A stretch of 64,000 nt of DNA from an uncultured delta proteobacterium (GTDB lineage: Bacteria; Desulfobacterota; Binatia; JACPRU01). This document shows positions 54,495 through 64,000 of this stretch, in pieces; the stretch's first letter is position 1, and each line of letters opens with the position of its first letter. A program made the translations under genes and the position numbers. Where the stretch lies: positions 1-64,000 of the forward strand of contig CAVUWD010000015.1 in assembly GCA_963745025.1 (NCBI GenBank), written 5' to 3'. Below the pieces are notes generated by a model. That model saw only the letters and a list, made by a program, of their open reading frames with translations. It ran no database searches and had not been told where the DNA came from.

Positions 54495-54717
54495 GCGCAA
54501 AGGGAATGGTTCGCTTGAGTCGCGCGTGAGGAGGGAAGGCTCCCCGAGGAAGTGCCTTGGCTTTCAACCGGTCTGGGAAATCTCGCCGTCCGGGATGATG
54601 GGGGGGACGCAGGAAACGGCCTGCGGCACGGATCGAGACACCGGCGAACTCCCGATGAGGGGCCGGAAACAGCGACTCCCCAATGCCCACCAGTACCGCG
54701 CCTGTGTGCCACCCGAC
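54495..54717 (+). ncRNA. Group II intron 3' remnant (domains V-VI), no intron ORF
   Basis: DV-like AACCGGTCTGGGAAATCTCGCCGTCCGGGAT (54566-54596), G-run, extended DVI pairing ACGCAGG with CCTGTGT, terminal CCCGAC. Confidence 0.65.
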
Positions 54718-54940
54718 CCGCTCTGTCGCATCATTTTTTGCGCCTTCAAAGTCCCCTACCGGGACGGCACGCGCTGGCCGGCCTTCACCGACCCGGTTGA
54801 CGCTCATGCTCCGCCGCCCAGAAGGCGGGCGGTGCCATCTCCTACGTCCAGCAATCAATGGCTGTACATAGGTCGGATGGCACCAGCGGGGGGAGTTGGC
54901 TGAGGTGCTTTGTGTAGCTCGCGCTCAGCGACTCCCGCAA

Positions 54941-54992
54941 TAAGGGAATACCTTAGAGCCCGGCATCCTCTTCGTATGAGGGATTTCCCCAA
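54941..54992. promoter_or_regulatory. Tandem pair of quasi-palindromic boxes
   Basis: TAAGGGAATACCTTAG and TGAGGGATTTCCCCAA, 36 bp apart. Confidence 0.5.
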
Positions 54993-55515
54993 TTGTGCCT
55001 CGAGCCTCTCCGGCAGCCAATGGTAACTGAATGGAATCGAACATCGTGAATCACGTCGACGTCGCCCACTTCGAAGCCGTGCCTGTCCCGACGGGCGATG
55101 GGCTCGTCAGGAAGTATCCACGTCATTTGAAGGCGAAGGAACTGAAGCTTCTCGAAGTGAAGGATGACTACCTTCCGACGTTTCTGAAGTGGGCGAGGCC
55201 GTCGGCTCGTCTATCGGAAGGAAGGACGATCTTCGAGCGGGGGCGGTCCTAGTCGTCGACGACGAGGAGGGACAGCGCGAGTCTTCGAGTGCTCCTCGAG
55301 CGCTGACCGCCGAACGAGGCGACGAGGCTCCGGAAATGATTTACTCGCCGCACCGCGATGTCGAACTCACTTTGCGGTCCTGTCGTCGGCAACGATGGGT
55401 CGGGAGTAACGCGAGCCCCAGCATCTCGACGCGGTCGCCCATTTTCTCGATCTCGGGAATCATTGGACCCTTGAGATCTCTTCGGTTCAGATAGTTGGTG
55501 GAAGGAGGGTTCACC

Positions 55516-55923
55516 ATGGCCACACGCATCTCGATCCTCGGCGCACTGCTGAGCATTTTCATCCTGCCGGTGCATGAGTCTACCGCTACCGCGGCAGTGG
55601 TGCCGTCTTCTGAGGCCTCTCAAGAGATTGTCATCCAGGACGTGACCGCCAAGGATCGTTCGGTCTCAGGCACCGTCGTCAACAACGCGTCCAAAACTGT
55701 TCGGGATGTTGAGTTGCTGGTCCGGCAAGAGTGGCTGTGGAACGACGAGCGTCATCCCGGCACCGACAGTCCCGGCAGGACGCTGCCCTTCACGCTGCGT
55801 CAGGATATCGCCCCGCACGCCAGCGCATCGTTTACCTTCCAAACTCCGCCGTTGGCTCGGCGCTCTGACGGTCGGTTCGTAACGACGGTGGAGGTCACCG
55901 GTTTCAGTGAAGTGGGTTTGTAG
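55516..55923 (+). CDS. Secreted hypothetical protein (FxLYD-like Ig fold)
   Basis: GGAGG RBS, signal peptide, VSGTVVNN..VRDVEL..IAPHASASF pattern. Confidence 0.7.
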   Translation: MATRISILGALLSIFILPVHESTATAAVVPSSEASQEIVIQDVTAKDRSVSGTVVNNASKTVRDVELLVRQEWLWNDERHPGTDSPGRTLPFTLRQDIAPHASASFTFQTPPLARRSDGRFVTTVEVTGFSEVGL

Positions 55924-56140
55924 GGAGGAAGTTTTTTAAGCTCTCTTAGCTGAGATGCGAGAGAACGGATTTGGCCAACGGAAATTGTAAGAGAAGAGCC
56001 GTAACGGGCAGCCATGCGAACCTGCGGTACGCGACCTCGATGGTGGAGACCTTCGCAGCCACCAATAACCCATGACGAGAATGGCTATCGCCAAACAGCC
56101 GACAACGCCGATGGTTATCACATGAGACCTCAAATTCTCC

Positions 56141-56560
56141 TTGTCGCCATCGGCCGCCGACGGAAGCAATCCGGCGAATCAGACGGACTCCGGCGCGGTA
56201 TGTTCCGCCAACGGCTCTTTCACATATCACGTGGCCGTGGCGAACTGGGGTGAAGCCGGAGAGGTACGAATCACGTACAAGGATGGCGACATCGTCCGAT
56301 TCCCGATAGCGGCGGGTGCGTCCTTCGCCTTCTCGCAGGCCGCAGGTAGCAAGGGGCGAGCAGACAGAGCTGTCCGCGTGTCGAACGGAGGGAGCGTGGC
56401 GCAGCTTGCTGGCTCCATGAGCGCGAGCGGTCAAGGGAATGTGAACTGCATCAGCTGCGACGCCGACAGCAGCGGAGACGCGGGGTGCGACAACCGCATT
56501 CCTGGAAGCGAGGTGGGTGCCGGTGTCGGGTCGCGTCACCTCGGAGCGATGCCTCAGGAT
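56141..56560 (+). pseudogene. Fragment of a Cys-containing, probably secreted protein
   Basis: Coherent beta-rich frame ending VNCISCDADSSGDAGCDNRIP; no clear start. Confidence 0.4.
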
Positions 56561-56561
56561 C

Positions 56562-57023
56562 CTAATTACGGTTCTTGTAGGCGCCGCTTTGCCCAAAGCC
56601 GGAGATCGATACGTAGATGAGACGAGGATTCCTAGCCTTCAGAGCTTCGTAACCGAAGCCAAGGCGCTCCATGGTGCCCGGTCGAAAGCCTTCGAGAAAT
56701 ATGTCCGCATTGAGAGCGAGCTCCGCTAGGCTCTCGCACCCCTCGGGAGACTTGAGATCGAGGCAGATGCTCCGCTTATTACGCGCAAGCGATGCAAAGA
56801 AGCCTGGAAACTGACGAGCCGGGTCTCCGGTCGTCGGCCGTTCGACCAGAACAACGTCCGCTCCGAGATCGGCAAGAAGAAGTGTTGCATAGGGTCCAGG
56901 ATATTGCTCGGCGAGCGAGAGAACCGAGACGCCTTCGAACGGGCGGGACTTTCCGGGTTCCAATCTGCTATTTGCCCCACTCTCTGGAGTCCGAGATTCA
57001 CACGGCAAAGGAGTAGCCTCCAT
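56562..57023 (-). pseudogene. CaiB/BaiF family III CoA-transferase, N-terminal third only
   Basis: PGPYATLLLADLGADV, RNKRSICLDLK, EGFRPG, NPRLIYVSISGFGQSG, then a stop. Confidence 0.88.
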
Positions 57024-57786
57024 TTACGGGATAGGTCTGACCGGTAATCCATTCGGCTGCGTCCGACGCGAGAAAGAGGATCATGTTCGCTGCATCGTCC
57101 GGCTCGCCCATCCTGCGGATCACGAAACCGCGCAGCACCTTCTGCAGCGCCTCATCGGTGCTTACGAGACTTTTCACGCCTGGAGTGTTAATGCCCCCGA
57201 GAGATACGCAGTTCACGGTAATGGCCGCGCGGCCCGCTGCCTTGGCCAGAGCTCTCGCAAACCCTGCGGCGCCTGCCTTGGCAGCGGAGTACACGGCAAG
57301 GTGTGGCTCGCCGACCCGGCCCGCATCTGAGATAACCGTCACGATCCGTCCGTAGCGGCGGGTCATCATTCCCGGAAGCGCCGCACGGCATGTATTCAGG
57401 ACGCCGTAGAGGTTGGTGGCGAGCCAGGGGCGCCATTCCTCCGGGCCCGTCTCCCAGAAGGGCTTGATGTTTCCGACATCCTGAACGGGGCCCGCGTTGC
57501 CGGCGTTGTTCACGAGGATGTCGAGGCGCCCGAATTTCGCTTCCGCTAGGCGCACCATCTCATCGACGCTTTCGAAGTCGCTCACATCGCAGGCGATCGC
57601 GAGCGCATCGCAACCCACTTCGCGAACCTCCGCGGCGACAGCCTCCGCTCGTTCGCGGTAGTAGTCGTTCACAACAATCGCCGCTGCCCGATGAGCCGCA
57701 AAATGGAGCGCCACTTGTCGTCCGACTCCCTGGCCGGCGCCGCTGATGAGCGCCACACGACCTTCCAAGTTGAGGATGTCCTTCAT
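56998..57786 (-). CDS. SDR family oxidoreductase
   Basis: GAGQGVG, NNAG, YSAAK, ITGQTYPVNGG motifs. Confidence 0.93.
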   Translation of the reverse strand: MKDILNLEGRVALISGAGQGVGRQVALHFAAHRAAAIVVNDYYRERAEAVAAEVREVGCDALAIACDVSDFESVDEMVRLAEAKFGRLDILVNNAGNAGPVQDVGNIKPFWETGPEEWRPWLATNLYGVLNTCRAALPGMMTRRYGRIVTVISDAGRVGEPHLAVYSAAKAGAAGFARALAKAAGRAAITVNCVSLGGINTPGVKSLVSTDEALQKVLRGFVIRRMGEPDDAANMILFLASDAAEWITGQTYPVNGGYSFAV

Positions 57787-57806
57787 ACCCAAACCTCGTC
57801 GAGGAC

Positions 57807-58634
57807 TTACGATGCCCCCGCCGCTGGTCGTGCGGGAATGCTGGCCTCTGCGCGCTGTCGCCGCACGGCAGGGCGCCCCGCCCCGATTCCTCCGTCGACG
57901 AGAAACGTCTGCCCGGTTACGTACGACGAAGCGTCCGACGCGAGGTAGACGATGAGGCTAGCGACCTCCCCCGGCCGTGCGAAGCGGCCCATCGGAACCG
58001 TGCGAAGGAGCGACTCGGTCAACTCGCGGTTTTCTTGCATCTGGCGCGTGAGATCCGTCGCGACATAGCCAGGCGCAACGCCGTTCACACGGAGGCCGTG
58101 CTCGGCCCATTCGACAGCGAGCGAGCGTACCATGGAGTCGAGGCCGCCCTTGGAAGCCACGTACGGTAGTCCCCTCGCGACACCGACCATGGAGGTGACC
58201 GACGAGACGGAAATGATGCTGCCGGCTCGCTGAACGAGCATCTGACGAGCGGCCGCCTGAATGGCGAAGAACGTTCCGCGGAGGTTCACGGCCATGATCT
58301 CGTCCCACATCGCCGGGGTAACCTGCTCCGCGCGCTGCCAGTAGGGATTGATCCCCGCATTGGCGACGAGCACGTCGAGGCGCCCGTAGCGCCGCACAGT
58401 CTCACTCACGGCGCCGACAGAACCGTCCGGATCGGCAACATCGAGAACGACGGGAAACGAATCGACCCCAAACCGCCTCGCCTCCTCTGCGACTATGTCC
58501 CCGTTTTCGCGCGAGCGCCCGGCAGGAACGACGTTCGCACCCGCCTCCGCCAGAGCGAGGACCGTCGCCCGTCCGATCCCTCTGGTTCCGCCGACCACCA
58601 GGGCGACCTTTCCCTCGCACGACCGCCGCATCAC
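57807..58634 (-). CDS. SDR family oxidoreductase
   Basis: GGTRGIG, ANAG, YVASK, VTGQTFLVDGG motifs. Confidence 0.93.
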   Translation of the reverse strand: MMRRSCEGKVALVVGGTRGIGRATVLALAEAGANVVPAGRSRENGDIVAEEARRFGVDSFPVVLDVADPDGSVGAVSETVRRYGRLDVLVANAGINPYWQRAEQVTPAMWDEIMAVNLRGTFFAIQAAARQMLVQRAGSIISVSSVTSMVGVARGLPYVASKGGLDSMVRSLAVEWAEHGLRVNGVAPGYVATDLTRQMQENRELTESLLRTVPMGRFARPGEVASLIVYLASDASSYVTGQTFLVDGGIGAGRPAVRRQRAEASIPARPAAGAS

Positions 58635-59860
58635 TGATCCCACTCGTAGCCGGAGAGAAACTTCTCTGCGGCCACGGCGTATTGGATCGTCGGCGGGCCT
58701 TCCTCGAGCCAGTTCAGGCGCGCGTCTCGATAGAGCCGCTCGATCGGGTGTGCGCGTGTGTACCCGATTCCCCCGTGGACCAGGAGCGCCCGGTCCGTGA
58801 CGCGGCCTACCGCCTCCAATCCGAAGAGCTTACACATAGATGCCTCTGCAGGAATGCGCCGTCCCTCGTCCCACTTTCGCGCCGCATCCGCGATCATCCC
58901 CCGCAGCGCATAGATGTCCGTTCCCATCTCGGCGAGGTAGCGTTGGATCGCCTGGCGGGCCGCGAGCGGCTTTCCGAAGGTGACTCGTTTCTTCGCAAAG
59001 GCAAGCGAGAGCTCGAAGGCGCGTTCCGCCGTCCCGAGCGAGGTCGCCGCTATGAAGACACGGCTGATCTCCAGAACCTCTTCCATCTGAAAGATCCCGC
59101 GGCCTTCCTCGCCAAGCAGGTTCGTCACGGGAACCCGAACGTCCTCGAACTCGAGCTGCCCGTGCTCTCCGCCCTTGCAGCCCATCGTCTCTGGAAGCGG
59201 CCGAATCAAAAACCCCGGCGTCTCGCGCTCGACGAGGATCGCACTGACCCCGGCTGCACCAGCGCGCGGATCGGTTTTCGCAAAGACGACAAAGTGAGAG
59301 GCAAAGTCGGAGTTTGTAATGAGCCACTTCCGACCGTTCACGACGTACTGGTCGCCGTCGCGGATCGCAGTCGTTCCGAGATCGGCCCCTGTCCCGTGAT
59401 CCGGCTCAGTGAGCCCGAACGCGATTGACTGTTTCCCCTCGGCGACGCTCGGAAGGAGCTGCCTGCGCCGCTCCTCGTTCGCCATCGCGGCAAATCCGTG
59501 CGCGAGCGAATTGTGCACGTGCACCAGGACGCGGATCCCACCCTGTATCTTCGAGAACTCCGCGAGGATCGGGAGGTACTGCGATGTCGAAAGACCTACG
59601 CCGCCGTACTCCTTAGGCACGAGCAGGCCAAAGGCGCGCATCCGCCGCAGGAGCGGAAAGACCTTTTCGTGTGGGACGTGCTCGTTGTCTTCGATCTCTG
59701 CTTCGAACGGATCCAGGTCGCGCCAGATCGCCTCACAGATCTCTTCTCGGAACCGCGAATACTCGGCGCTTGGAAGCCCCGGCTCGACGCGCTCGCGTTG
59801 GGCGGGCCGGCCGCTCCGGCGGCCCAGCTCGGCGAAACCCTTTCCGGTATTTGAACTCAT
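58631..59860 (-). CDS. Acyl-CoA dehydrogenase
   Basis: FGLTEPDHGTGAD, NGRKWLITN, RVTFGKPL, HGGIGY..HPIERLYRD motifs. Confidence 0.95.
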   Translation of the reverse strand: MSSNTGKGFAELGRRSGRPAQRERVEPGLPSAEYSRFREEICEAIWRDLDPFEAEIEDNEHVPHEKVFPLLRRMRAFGLLVPKEYGGVGLSTSQYLPILAEFSKIQGGIRVLVHVHNSLAHGFAAMANEERRRQLLPSVAEGKQSIAFGLTEPDHGTGADLGTTAIRDGDQYVVNGRKWLITNSDFASHFVVFAKTDPRAGAAGVSAILVERETPGFLIRPLPETMGCKGGEHGQLEFEDVRVPVTNLLGEEGRGIFQMEEVLEISRVFIAATSLGTAERAFELSLAFAKKRVTFGKPLAARQAIQRYLAEMGTDIYALRGMIADAARKWDEGRRIPAEASMCKLFGLEAVGRVTDRALLVHGGIGYTRAHPIERLYRDARLNWLEEGPPTIQYAVAAEKFLSGYEWDQ

Positions 59861-59922
59861 CTAACGACGTCCTCTTCTGTGTTGCGCCTGCGAATCTATG
59901 GATTCGTCTTTATAGTTGAGTT

Positions 59923-59951
59923 ATTTACTTCAGAGTAGAATCCATTGTCAA
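59923..59951. promoter_or_regulatory. Candidate operator overlapping a minus-strand TTGACA -35 element
   Basis: ATTTACTTCAGAGTAGAAT (TACT-N4-AGTA) in an AT-rich divergent intergenic region; 15/19 match to 63172-63190. Confidence 0.5.
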
Positions 59952-59976
59952 GCTGAATACCGAGGAGGGAGAGCCG

Positions 59977-60768
59977 ATGGGCCAAGTGGAAGGCAAAGTC
60001 GCACTTGTCACGGGTGGTGCTTCGGGTATCGGCGCTGCTTGCGTACGAGCAATCGCTCGCGAGGGCGGCAAGGTGCTCTTTACGGATCTCGATGAACCAA
60101 GCGGCGTGACGCTATGTCGCGCGATTATTTCGGCGGGCGGCGACGCTCTTTTTATGCGCCACGACGTAACACAGGAGGAAGAGTGGCCGACCGTGATCCG
60201 TGCCGCCGAGGAGCGCTACGGCCGTTTGGACGTCGTTGTTGCCAATGCCGGAATCTGCCTCCTCGCTTCCACCTCTGAGATGTCGCTCGCCGATTGGCGA
60301 CGCCAGAACGCCGTGAACCTCGATGGCGTCTTCCTTTCGGTAAAGCATGCGCTTCCGGCGCTACGGCGATCAGGGGGCGGCAGCATCGTCATCGTCTCGT
60401 CGGTGGCTGGGTTACGAGGATCCGCGCGATTCGCTGGCTACTGTGCGTCGAAGGGCGCCGTTCGCTTCTTCGCAAAGGCCGTAGCGATGGAGTGCGCTGA
60501 GGCAGGCGACGGGATTCGAGTGAATACCGTACATCCGGGCATCATCGACACGCCGCTCTGGGCAAATCTGTCGACGGGTGAGGCGCGACGCCAGATCGAC
60601 CCGCACCGGCTCGGTCGCGCTGACGTACCTCTTGGACGAAGCGGTCTCGCGGAAGAGGTCGCGGCGGGCGTCCTCTTTCTCGCGTCCGATGCGTCGAGCT
60701 ACGTGACCGCCGCCGAGCTGGTCATCGACGGTGGCGTCTCCGGCGGAGCGCTCCCGCGTAGGCGCTAG
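59977..60768 (+). CDS. SDR family oxidoreductase
   Basis: TGGASGIG, ANAG, YCASK, VNTVHPG motifs; GAGGAGG RBS. Confidence 0.93.
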   Translation: MGQVEGKVALVTGGASGIGAACVRAIAREGGKVLFTDLDEPSGVTLCRAIISAGGDALFMRHDVTQEEEWPTVIRAAEERYGRLDVVVANAGICLLASTSEMSLADWRRQNAVNLDGVFLSVKHALPALRRSGGGSIVIVSSVAGLRGSARFAGYCASKGAVRFFAKAVAMECAEAGDGIRVNTVHPGIIDTPLWANLSTGEARRQIDPHRLGRADVPLGRSGLAEEVAAGVLFLASDASSYVTAAELVIDGGVSGGALPRRR

Positions 60769-61412
60769 GCTCTCGCCAACTTACCTTGGGCTGAAGCTCC
60801 TTCGCGAGGCATCAAGCCGCGGAAGAGAAGACCGATGAAGTGGTCGGCGATCTCGGCCCCCCTCAGCGGACCCTCCGGAGAGTACCAGCGGGTTAGCCAA
60901 TTCACCGAGCCCATCAGGAAGAGCTCGGTCATCTTCGGGTCCACGGCGGAGAGGCTCCCCTCCTTCACTCCGTCTGCGATGGTCTTCCGAAGTCTTTTGC
61001 CGAAGGCGTCGCGGCGAGCGAGAATCACCGCTCGGTCGCGTGGCAGAAGCGCATTCACCTCGAGAAGCACGGCGCACGACCCCAGCGCGCTCGTGAGCGC
61101 CTCGATGTAGCGCTTCAAGAAGAGGCGAAGCACGTCGAGCTTGTTCTTGCCTTCAGCTTCCGCCCTGCGGAATGCGTCTTCGCCGACTTCGAAGGAGAGC
61201 TTGTGGCATTCGAAGAGAAGCTCGTGCTTGCTCCTGAAGTAGTAGTAAAGGGCGGCCTTGCTGACTTTCAGATTCTCGGCAACGTCATCAAGAGAAGTAT
61301 CGTGGAAGCCCTTGCGGCTGAAGGCTCGGCCCGCAGCACGCAGCAAGGCCATTCTCTTCTTCTCAAACTGCTCCTCCCCGCTCAGGCCAGTATCTTGCCA
61401 CGCGCGTTTCAT
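60765..61412 (-). CDS. TetR/AcrR family transcriptional regulator
   Basis: FSRKGFHDTSLDDVA..LKVSKAALYYYFRSK HTH; C-terminal NW..RWYSPEG. Confidence 0.93.
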   Translation of the reverse strand: MKRAWQDTGLSGEEQFEKKRMALLRAAGRAFSRKGFHDTSLDDVAENLKVSKAALYYYFRSKHELLFECHKLSFEVGEDAFRRAEAEGKNKLDVLRLFLKRYIEALTSALGSCAVLLEVNALLPRDRAVILARRDAFGKRLRKTIADGVKEGSLSAVDPKMTELFLMGSVNWLTRWYSPEGPLRGAEIADHFIGLLFRGLMPREGASAQGKLARA

Positions 61413-61495
61413 CTTTTCGTCTCTACGGATGAAGGTTTGCCTCACCAGTAATCGAGGAGGTCGCGATCGTCAACTTCGTCGCGGGAAGTCGGCAC

Positions 61496-62302
61496 TCACT
61501 GGAGCAGGGGCTTCGCGAAGGCCCCTGCGGTGATCCCTCTGACCGGCCCATCGTTCAACTGCCGCCAGAGCTCGGGGTCGTGACCAAAGATCAGGCGGGC
61601 TCCCTTCGCTTCGAGCGCACGAAAACGCTTGAGCGCATCGAGCATGAGCTCCCGGTCATCGAGGAAGCTCGGCGGCAAACGCATCTCCTCGAGCGTCCGG
61701 CGCATGTAGCAGGCATCAGCCGTGAGAACGATCTCCCCGCCGTCGGTCTTCACCTTGAGTGACTGGTGTCCGGGAGTGTGCCCGTATGTAGGCACGCAGA
61801 CGACCGCTCCGTCCCCGAAGAGATCATGCTCGCCGTCCACCTCGAGCCGATCGTGTCCCAGGTTGTAGTTCGTGGGATCGAAGTAATTCCGCTGTTGTGC
61901 TTCGGAGATCTGACCAGCGGCCCATTCCCGGCGCTGAATCACGAGCCGTGCGTTCGGGATGAGCGCGTTTCCACCGACATGGTCGAAATGCAGATGCGAG
62001 TTTACGAGGAAGTCGATCCTCTCGGGATCCCGTCCGCTCGCTCGTAGGCGGGTCGAGAGCTCTTCGCCTGGCGAAAACCCGACCGTCGCCACGTCCGCGA
62101 GTGGTCCCAGTCCTGCGCGCCTCGCTTCGTCGCTCCCTTGGAGCGCGACCGAAAGGCCCGTATCGAAAATGACAGTGCCTTTCGGATGCTCCACGAGGTA
62201 GCTCGGGATCGGCACGGCGATCACTCCTCGACCGCCCTCGATCAAGAGCTCTAGCGGCATCGTCAGCGAGCCACACGTCATCCCATAGAGACGAACACTC
62301 AT
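61496..62302 (-). CDS. N-acyl-homoserine lactonase family metallo-beta-lactamase
   Basis: FDTG, SHLHFDHVG, GHTPGHQS, ADACY, GHD motifs (AiiA/AttM-type). Confidence 0.9.
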   Translation of the reverse strand: MSVRLYGMTCGSLTMPLELLIEGGRGVIAVPIPSYLVEHPKGTVIFDTGLSVALQGSDEARRAGLGPLADVATVGFSPGEELSTRLRASGRDPERIDFLVNSHLHFDHVGGNALIPNARLVIQRREWAAGQISEAQQRNYFDPTNYNLGHDRLEVDGEHDLFGDGAVVCVPTYGHTPGHQSLKVKTDGGEIVLTADACYMRRTLEEMRLPPSFLDDRELMLDALKRFRALEAKGARLIFGHDPELWRQLNDGPVRGITAGAFAKPLLQ

Positions 62303-62345
62303 TGCTCCACCCTCGTAGTCGATCCGGTGAGTTCAGTCCCCATCA

Positions 62346-63143
62346 CTAGGCGCCGATGAACCGCGGCCTTCGTTTCTCGGCGAAGGCCTCGAGCCCTTCT
62401 TTCATGTCGTGGCTCTGAGCGTGCACTTCGCTCGCGAGGAGCTCGAGGCGAAGCGCTGTCGCGATTGGCTGCTCTAGGCCGTCGTCAACCAGTGCCTTCA
62501 TCCGCCGCAGGACAAGCGAGCTCTTGTCCGCGAACTTCGCGATCAACTCCTCGGTAGCAGCAAGCAGATCACAGTCGTCCACAACCTTATGGACGAGTCC
62601 CATGACGAGCAGTTCTTCCGCGGGAAGAGACTCGCCGGTGTAGAGAAGATACTTCGCCCGTCCCGGACCAATCTTCCGCGGCAAGCGCACCGAAGCACCC
62701 CCACCTGGAAGCAGACCGTAGTTTGCATGCGCGTCGCCTAGCCTTGCCGACCGCGCGGCGACGACGAGATCGCAGCAGAGGACCAGTTCGAGGCCTCCCG
62801 CGAGGGCCAACCCGTTCACGGCAGCCACGACGGGGCGCGGAAACGACTCGAGCCGGCCCATGACTCCGAGAACCGAACGGAGAAATGTCGCGATCGCGGC
62901 CGAGTCGCCTCCCGCTATTCCGCGTATAAATTTGAGATCCGCCCCTGCGCAAAACGCCCGCCCTACTCCGGTCAGAACAACCGCCTTAATTGCTGGATCG
63001 GTTTCGGCCGTGTCCAGCGCTGCATGGATACCAGAGACTACATCTGGTGATATCGCGTTCATCGCCTCCGGGCGGTTGAGGCGGATCCAAAGGGCTCCGT
63101 TCCGCGCATCTACTACAACTTCTCTACCGAAGATGGTGGGCAT
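62346..63143 (-). CDS. Enoyl-CoA hydratase/isomerase family protein
   Basis: LNRPEAMNA, AFCAGADL, NGLALAGGLEL, EGLEAFAEKR.P.F motifs. Confidence 0.94.
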   Translation of the reverse strand: MPTIFGREVVVDARNGALWIRLNRPEAMNAISPDVVSGIHAALDTAETDPAIKAVVLTGVGRAFCAGADLKFIRGIAGGDSAAIATFLRSVLGVMGRLESFPRPVVAAVNGLALAGGLELVLCCDLVVAARSARLGDAHANYGLLPGGGASVRLPRKIGPGRAKYLLYTGESLPAEELLVMGLVHKVVDDCDLLAATEELIAKFADKSSLVLRRMKALVDDGLEQPIATALRLELLASEVHAQSHDMKEGLEAFAEKRRPRFIGA

Positions 63144-63171
63144 CTCTCTGATTAGTCTCCGTAGTCACTAC

Positions 63172-63218
63172 ATTGACTTTAGGGTTGAATTACTATCTAA
63201 ATAGTCACATGATGTCAA
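63172..63218. promoter_or_regulatory. Divergent promoter region with candidate operators
   Basis: ATTGACTTTAGGGTTGAAT, palindrome ACTAT-N4-ATAGT, and minus-strand TTGACA at 63213-63218. Confidence 0.5.
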
Positions 63219-63281
63219 TCGAGAAATTGCTTGAGGAGCCGTGCTTGACGGTTGTACCGTTCGGTCGGTAAAGAGCGCCGC

Positions 63282-64000
63282 ATGAAGCATCACCCTCGCA
63301 GCAGCTTCACGCTGTGGAACGTCCTGCACAAAAACCGGATCGCGCAACCCACGCGCGGGGACCGTGTGGCGCTCATCTTCGAGAATCGGAAGTTCACCTA
63401 CCCGGAGCTCGAGGAGCGCGCGCAGCGTCTGGCGTCCGCGCTGCACGCCGTCGGCTTCCGCCACGGCGACCGCGTGGCGATGATCTCGTTCAACCGCCCG
63501 GAGTGGTTCGACCTGTTCTTCGCCTTGGCGAAGCTCGGCGGCGTGCTAGTGCCGATTAACTACTATCTGAAGCCCGTCGAAATCCGTGACATCATCCGCG
63601 ACGCCGGCGCGTCCTGGGTCGTCTGCCAGGACGAGCTCTGGGAAATCACCCGCAAGCTCCGCGGGGAGCTCCACGCCGGGACCCGCTACGTGATCATCGG
63701 ACAGGCCCGGGAAGACGCCACGTACACGTTCGACAAGCTCAAGGAGCAGGGCTCTTCCGAGGGGATCGACGTCCAGGCCGACCTGCATGACCTGTTCTTG
63801 CTACAATACACATCGGGCACGACGGGCCTGCCGAAGGGAGTGATGCACACCCAGGAAACGATCCTGTGGAACGTGCTCACGCAGATCGCCGACTTCCGGA
63901 TCACCCGCGACGACGTCTACCTCAATGTCCCGGCCCTGTGCTGGGCGGCCGGCTTCCACGACTTCACTCTGGAGACGCTGTGGGTGGGAGGAACCGTGGT
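63282..64000 (+). CDS. Acyl-CoA synthetase (AMP-binding), partial at window end
   Basis: ATG at 63282; GDRVA, KLGGVLVPIN, LQYTSGTTGLPKGVMHT motifs; open to the window edge. Confidence 0.93.
   Translation, partial: MKHHPRSSFTLWNVLHKNRIAQPTRGDRVALIFENRKFTYPELEERAQRLASALHAVGFRHGDRVAMISFNRPEWFDLFFALAKLGGVLVPINYYLKPVEIRDIIRDAGASWVVCQDELWEITRKLRGELHAGTRYVIIGQAREDATYTFDKLKEQGSSEGIDVQADLHDLFLLQYTSGTTGLPKGVMHTQETILWNVLTQIADFRITRDDVYLNVPALCWAAGFHDFTLETLWVGGTV

Overview
High-GC bacterial window (soil-type gene content; taxon cannot be fixed from sequence alone). Intact modules are separated by an unusually dense debris of gene fragments. Modules in order: (1) a Hyf/Ech-like membrane complex operon (1-7489) whose large subunit lacks all four NiFe cysteines (Ehr-type), coupled to a PTS-IIA-like gene; (2) a CzcCBA-type heavy-metal RND operon with a Cys/His leader ORF and an adaptor lacking its alpha-hairpin; (3) a stress/carbohydrate mosaic (YpfJ-like peptidase, zwf, DUF3309, Met-rich protein, GH144-like glucanase split by an end-less IS3 fragment, GH57-treY, treZ-mak'-treS-glgE', malQ-treS'); (4) secreted hypotheticals with DUF1207 and GlsB; (5) a TetR-associated acyl-CoA catabolic cluster with an AHL-lactonase-family hydrolase running off the right edge. 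Non-coding signals: a recurring 16-bp box (TNAGGGAAATCCCCTA-like) upstream of several small genes, a tRNA-Thr(CGT) broken into three ordered pieces, a 54-bp repeat present twice 32 kb apart, a group II intron 3' end, IS5/IS256/IS21 ends, and two permuted pieces of one tyrosine recombinase bracketing the tre/mal block. No CRISPR array or rRNA was seen. Several single-base frameshifts may be sequencing errors. Family names come from motif recognition, not database searches.
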